A DNA stretch of 11,972 nucleotides from Thermoplasmatota archaeon (GTDB taxonomy: Archaea > Thermoplasmatota > Penumbrarchaeia > Penumbrarchaeales > Penumbrarchaeaceae): positions 1-11,972 of the forward strand of contig JARVGK010000051.1 of NCBI GenBank assembly GCA_029762535.1. The letters run 5' to 3'. Position numbers and translations under genes: made by a program. Below, piece by piece: positions 7,652 through 11,972 of this stretch (positions are counted from its first letter, which is position 1; every line of letters begins with the position of its first letter). Below the pieces are notes generated by a model. That model saw nothing but the letters and a program-made list of their open reading frames with translations, was not told where the DNA came from and ran no database searches.

Positions 7652-8515
7652 TCAATTAACTACCTTGAACTCCTTCTTGATGAGCTTCGCTTCCCTATCG
7701 GGTATCACCGACGAGTCCATCGAGAAGATGACGAAGGCGCTCTCCGATGCTGCGATCCTGTCCCCGAGGACCTGCACGAGGTTGAGGACCCTCTCGAACT
7801 CGACGTTCGTGAATATGAACTCGTAGCCCAGGACCATGACCACCAGCTTCGTGTTCTCGACCAGGGCCGACTGGAGCATTATGAGGATCTTCTGTATGTT
7901 CCCGGGCGAGATCGTCGGTATGTTCGATGTGGGTGCGGTAGAAAGCCATATCGTCGGTATGTCCTTGATCCACGGGGTCCCAAGCAGCGTGTCCGGGTGC
8001 TTCCTGGTGAATATGATCCCCTTGTATCCGTTGGATATCAGGGTGCGGAAATGCTCGATGGCGGAGGTTCCCTCCTCCTCCTCGAAGAGATACATCGCCC
8101 TGGGCTTCAGATAATCGGGCATCGGCACGCTCTCCTTGACATCGATCTTCGGATCGCCCTTCGGGAGGGATGATTCCAGAGTGGTCATGAGATCGGTGAC
8201 GGAGAAGGGCTTTCTCATGCTGGCGATGCCGAGCTTGACGGAGTCCCATACCGCCCGGTCGTCGGCGCTTATTATGATTATGTTCGCCAGGGGATCGAAC
8301 TCCCTTATGACCTGGGCAGCCTCGAGCCCTCCCATGCCGGGCATCCTGTGGTCCATGATGACGAGGTCCGGTCTGACATCGAATCCCTTGTACTTGTCAA
8401 CGGCCTCCTCACCGTTCGAGGCAACGCCCAGAATGTTGTATCCTCTCATGCTCAAGAGATCGGAGTACAGCTGCTGGAGCATCACCTCGTCCTCGACAAC
8501 GAAAATGTTCTTCAT
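7652..8515 (-). CDS. Response regulator: receiver (REC) domain fused to a DUF835-like domain
   Basis: REC residues E8/D9, phospho-acceptor D55 (PDLVIMDHRMP), S83, K102-P; C-terminal half has GIIFTRKHP, IWLS, ISPGNI, GYEFI..N.FE, L.DRI, typical of DUF835. Confidence 0.85.
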   Translation of the reverse strand: MKNIFVVEDEVMLQQLYSDLLSMRGYNILGVASNGEEAVDKYKGFDVRPDLVIMDHRMPGMGGLEAAQVIREFDPLANIIIISADDRAVWDSVKLGIASMRKPFSVTDLMTTLESSLPKGDPKIDVKESVPMPDYLKPRAMYLFEEEEGTSAIEHFRTLISNGYKGIIFTRKHPDTLLGTPWIKDIPTIWLSTAPTSNIPTISPGNIQKILIMLQSALVENTKLVVMVLGYEFIFTNVEFERVLNLVQVLGDRIAASESAFVIFSMDSSVIPDREAKLIKKEFKVVN

Positions 8516-8551
8516 GGGACGGCCACCATCCTCATCGAAGCGTTCCCTCGC

Positions 8552-8569
8552 ATATATTAACCCTTACCC
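8552..8569 (-). promoter_or_regulatory. Putative BRE/TATA promoter of the response regulator
   Basis: Minus strand reads GGGTAAGGG-TTAATATAT, ending about 36 nt upstream of ATG 8515; an AT-rich island in GC-rich DNA. Confidence 0.6.
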
Positions 8570-8610
8570 ATCCTTATCCCGACTTGAAATAAGGGTTCGA
8601 CGGGTTGGCA

Positions 8611-11600
8611 CTACTCCTCATGGACCCTTTTACCGGACCTTCTCGTCATTACGATAAGAACGAGTATCACGAGCAGCAGTAAGAGGACTATACCGCAGCC
8701 GCCGCAAACGAAGCATCCCCATCGCGTTTTAGGCCCATCCACCTTTGCTTCCGCGGGGACCTTGGCCGTATAGACATCGGTCTTTGCCTCTCCCCCGGCG
8801 GAGTCGGAGAGATGATAGCTGTACGTCCTGCCCCTCTTGAAGTTCGATCCGGGGACCGTGGCCTCGTATATGCCCGGGGACGTCTCCGTCAGCGGGAACG
8901 ATCCCACTCCATCGATGACGATGTACACATCCAAACCGGGTTCTCCCTGCGCCCATACTTCCCAGCTCCCGTCATTACCGACCGTCACTATGACGCTGTC
9001 AACATTCCAATCGGGTGTCACTGGAGGGCCCGCTGGTTCTGCTGGTGTCCGGAAACTGCCTGAGAGCATGGGGGCCATGTCGATCCCTCCCTGGGAATTG
9101 GAGAAATGATAGTTGTATGTGGTGTTCCATTCGAAACCGGTGCCGGGGACCTCGACCTCGTAGGTGCCATCATCCCCCTCGATCATCTCGAAGGAGCCGA
9201 TCCCGTCGATCACCATGAATACGGTGAGCCCCGTCATTCCGGTAACGGACGCGCTCAGGTTCTTTCCATCGTCCAGAATCACTTCCCTGGTGTATAGGGC
9301 CCATGTAGCGGCCTCGGAGCCGGTCGTGAAGCTCCAGCGGACCTCGCTTAAGTTCCAGAGGACCTCACCGCCGGCCGATGATAGTGTCTGGAGTACCACG
9401 ACCTCGTATTCCGTCATGGGCTCGAACGGGTCATGGTCGATCATCACCCGCTTACCGTCCTCGTGCAGGGCCAGGGAGAGGTTCCCCGGAAGGGGGGTTA
9501 TCACCACGTTCGCACCGAGCTCTGTCTCATCGACCGGTGAGCTGAACTCGATCACAATGGGAGCGTTCAGGGGAACGTCCGCCCCCGTGGGCGAGTAATA
9601 GGTCACGTTGAATGTCCCGACCTCCTCCCATTCACGGTATTCGAGGCCGATGTCCCATATGTACGATGAACCTCCAAGGAGCATTCCTCCGCTGTCGAGG
9701 TCCAGGTATCCGCTTGTCCCGTAGGCGTATGCCAGCGTCTCCGGAGGGGTGGCGGTGATCCTGATGATGCCGTGCGGCACGTCCTGGAAGATATAACCAC
9801 CTGTCTCGTTGGAGATGGTCTCGAACGTCATCTCGGTCCCGTCGAATATCCTCACGATCACGTCCATTATCGGTTCGCCGTCCAGGGGGCCGCCGTTGGC
9901 CGTGACATATCCGGACACGTCCGCCTCAGTCCTCGGGGGTAGGGTTATCGTCATGGTCATATCGTCGATCCCGTTCATGGAGAACACATCTCCCTCGTAC
10001 GCATCGTAGAGCTCGGAACGCTCTATCACAAGACGATAATCTCCGGCGGGTATGTCGAAGAACAGCTTTCCGTCCCCGCCCGATACTGAAGAGGAGATGT
10101 CCTCCTCTCCCTTCATGAGCTTGACCTCGGCACCTTCGACCGGGTTCCCCTGTTCATCCTGGACGACAACGTCCAGGTAAGATTCCGGATCGAGCGTAAG
10201 TATCAGGTCGTTCACGTCGGCATCCAGATCGAGGTCCCATGTGTCGATGACGGTCATGTTCGTGAAGACCAGCCTGATCCTTCCCGGGTATGTCCTCATG
10301 CTGAAGCTCCCATCGGCCTTCACTTCATCGTAATCCAGGTGGGCCCCTCCCCTCTCCGGATCCGTAGCCACGATCATTCCCTTGACCCCGTTCCCCCCCC
10401 CGTCCACGACCCTCCCGCTGACGTTGAACCGCGTGAGGTCGTCCTCGTCCATCACTATGACGAGGTCGTCCATTGACCGGGTGTTCTGATCCATCTCGCG
10501 GAAGACCGGCTTGTAGCCGTCCTTGTAGAAGCCCATGTAGGTATGGTCCACACCCCAGCTCCTGAAATAGCCGTCGCTTACGGATCCCCCGTCCCACATG
10601 CCGTAAAGGTAAACCTGGTCCCTCAACCATTCGAAGGTCAGCGGGTTCAATCTGGGCCTTTTGAGGTCATGAACGGACATGGAATAGATGTTGACCTGTC
10701 CAAGAGGATCCCCCAAGCTGTCGTACGTCTTGCCGGAGATCCTCTCGAGGGGCTTTGCCGGATAGACGGTGATGTTCTCGGCCACTCCGGTGATCGGGAT
10801 ATTGAGCATGGTCTGATCCGGCACTCTCCATACGGACCTGTAGGAGATATCCGGATAGATGTCATCGATATAAATGGAATAATTACCCGGATAGATCTGA
10901 AGGTCCACCCTGCCGTTCTCATCGGAGAGGGCCGAACTGGTGGAAGTGTAGATGTAATACGGATCCTTTGAATACATGGAAAGCCTCATTCCAGGGACGG
11001 GGATCCCCATCGGGTCGACCACGTGGAAGGAGGCGTTCACCTTCTCGGGGTTCACCGCATACCTGTCAAGGACGATCTTCACATCGGTCGTGGTCGCGCC
11101 GATCCTCATTTCGAGATCCTTCCTGCCGAGGTTGGAGTACGCGTTTACCCGGTAATCTCCTGGAACGACGTTCACGGTGGCCTGACCTGTCGCGTTGGTC
11201 CTTGTATAGAAATACTCATATGATCCTCCGGATAGTCCGTTCCCGTCAAGGTAAACATCCGGCAGCGGTATCGAAGTGATCACATCGATGACCGTGAACC
11301 TGACAGGGGTCGTCGCGGCACCCGTCATCATTTCGACAAGGGTGATCTCGAGTTCCATCGGATCGGTGTTCAGGGCCATGATTTCGATCGACTTGTCATG
11401 GTGGCCGTTGGCGTTGGTATCGAGCGTGACCGGGATCCCAACGGGTACGAAGACCCTTACCCGTCCAGTGGCATTGGTGTTCCTATCCGAGCCTATCCTT
11501 GTGGTGCCCTGGTCTTCGTGGACCTCGCAGCCGTAGTAAACATACGCCCATTGCAGCGGTCCGCTGGAGTTCTTGATGAGTATGTCGACAGGGGCCATCT

Positions 11601-11972
11601 GGGGATTCGCCACCGGTACCTCCAAAGTCACATCGCTTGAGTTCATGACCAGGTTCGAGCGGGCAGATATTTGGATATTGTAGGCGGGGTCCGCGTCCAG
11701 ATACGTGTAGATCTCGTATTCGCCCATGCCCAGCCCGTACGTTCTCCAACCGTCCGAAGCGCCCGACCACATGGAATAGGTATAATAACGGCCGTGATCG
11801 AAACCATCCATGTAACCGTAAATCGTTGTATCACCGGATGTATACACATGTCCCGTCGTCGAATTCACGTATCTGAGATCGAGATCGTTCACGTTCTGAG
11901 GCAGAACAGGAAGCAGAAGGATGTCATGGTCCAATTTCCGTTCGATGGGGTCCAACCGCCCGTAAGATCTGT
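8611..11972 (-). CDS. Large membrane-anchored cell-surface protein, 5'-truncated: tandem carboxypeptidase-regulatory-like beta-sandwich domains, an Ig-like (Big_5-type) domain, two 73-aa repeats and a C-terminal TM helix
   Basis: Frame is open from TTG 11955 to the window edge, so the true start lies outside. Recurrent motifs TNATG/SDENG/SNETG...PG.Y; SP...DVPLNAPIVIEFSSPVD...WSFTT at about 9319-9612; about 16 N-x-S/T sequons by manual count; hydrophobic IVLLLLLVILVLIVM then basic TRRSGKR. Confidence 0.85.
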   Translation of the reverse strand, partial: RSYGRLDPIERKLDHDILLLPVLPQNVNDLDLRYVNSTTGHVYTSGDTTIYGYMDGFDHGRYYTYSMWSGASDGWRTYGLGMGEYEIYTYLDADPAYNIQISARSNLVMNSSDVTLEVPVANPQMAPVDILIKNSSGPLQWAYVYYGCEVHEDQGTTRIGSDRNTNATGRVRVFVPVGIPVTLDTNANGHHDKSIEIMALNTDPMELEITLVEMMTGAATTPVRFTVIDVITSIPLPDVYLDGNGLSGGSYEYFYTRTNATGQATVNVVPGDYRVNAYSNLGRKDLEMRIGATTTDVKIVLDRYAVNPEKVNASFHVVDPMGIPVPGMRLSMYSKDPYYIYTSTSSALSDENGRVDLQIYPGNYSIYIDDIYPDISYRSVWRVPDQTMLNIPITGVAENITVYPAKPLERISGKTYDSLGDPLGQVNIYSMSVHDLKRPRLNPLTFEWLRDQVYLYGMWDGGSVSDGYFRSWGVDHTYMGFYKDGYKPVFREMDQNTRSMDDLVIVMDEDDLTRFNVSGRVVDGGGNGVKGMIVATDPERGGAHLDYDEVKADGSFSMRTYPGRIRLVFTNMTVIDTWDLDLDADVNDLILTLDPESYLDVVVQDEQGNPVEGAEVKLMKGEEDISSSVSGGDGKLFFDIPAGDYRLVIERSELYDAYEGDVFSMNGIDDMTMTITLPPRTEADVSGYVTANGGPLDGEPIMDVIVRIFDGTEMTFETISNETGGYIFQDVPHGIIRITATPPETLAYAYGTSGYLDLDSGGMLLGGSSYIWDIGLEYREWEEVGTFNVTYYSPTGADVPLNAPIVIEFSSPVDETELGANVVITPLPGNLSLALHEDGKRVMIDHDPFEPMTEYEVVVLQTLSSAGGEVLWNLSEVRWSFTTGSEAATWALYTREVILDDGKNLSASVTGMTGLTVFMVIDGIGSFEMIEGDDGTYEVEVPGTGFEWNTTYNYHFSNSQGGIDMAPMLSGSFRTPAEPAGPPVTPDWNVDSVIVTVGNDGSWEVWAQGEPGLDVYIVIDGVGSFPLTETSPGIYEATVPGSNFKRGRTYSYHLSDSAGGEAKTDVYTAKVPAEAKVDGPKTRWGCFVCGGCGIVLLLLLVILVLIVMTRRSGKRVHEE
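8791..9303 (-). repeat. Intragenic duplication of a 73-aa domain (9085-9303 and 8791-9009)
   Basis: Ungapped manual alignment gives 29/73 identical residues; core GL.V..VIDG.GSF...E...G.YE..VPG..F....TY.YH.S.S.GG. Confidence 0.9.

Noticed and set aside
11953-11955. TTG start given by the ORF track for the surface protein
   Set aside because: Frame stays open to the window edge and no signal peptide follows, so the real start is upstream.
1-11972. CRISPR arrays, tRNA/rRNA, IS elements, recoded in-frame stops
   Set aside because: No spaced direct repeats or transposase/integrase motifs seen; intergenic gaps are all under 100 nt and the genes appear uninterrupted.

Overview
GC-rich archaeal-looking window (AGG/AGA Arg and ATA Ile codons, GGAGGTG-type SD sites, TATA boxes, a REC-DUF835 protein); a Thermoplasmatota-like anaerobe is inferred, not proven. 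The + strand (28-7648) carries an iron/oxidative-stress cluster interleaved with 2-oxoacid oxidation genes: ferritin, a ferritin-like diiron protein, rubrerythrin, iorA-iorB, a 53-aa rubredoxin missed by the ORF track (4420-4581), a KorA/KorB-type 2-oxoacid:acceptor oxidoreductase pair and a GNAT acetyltransferase. The - strand carries a REC-DUF835 response regulator and the 3' part of a large membrane-anchored surface protein that runs off the window end. Best candidate system: 2-oxoacid oxidoreductases passing electrons via rubredoxin to rubrerythrin for NAD(P)H-independent peroxide defence. The surface protein has a Cys-rich C-terminal anchor motif, a duplicated 73-aa domain I cannot name and an in-frame G9 tract. 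No RNA genes, CRISPR arrays or mobile elements seen.
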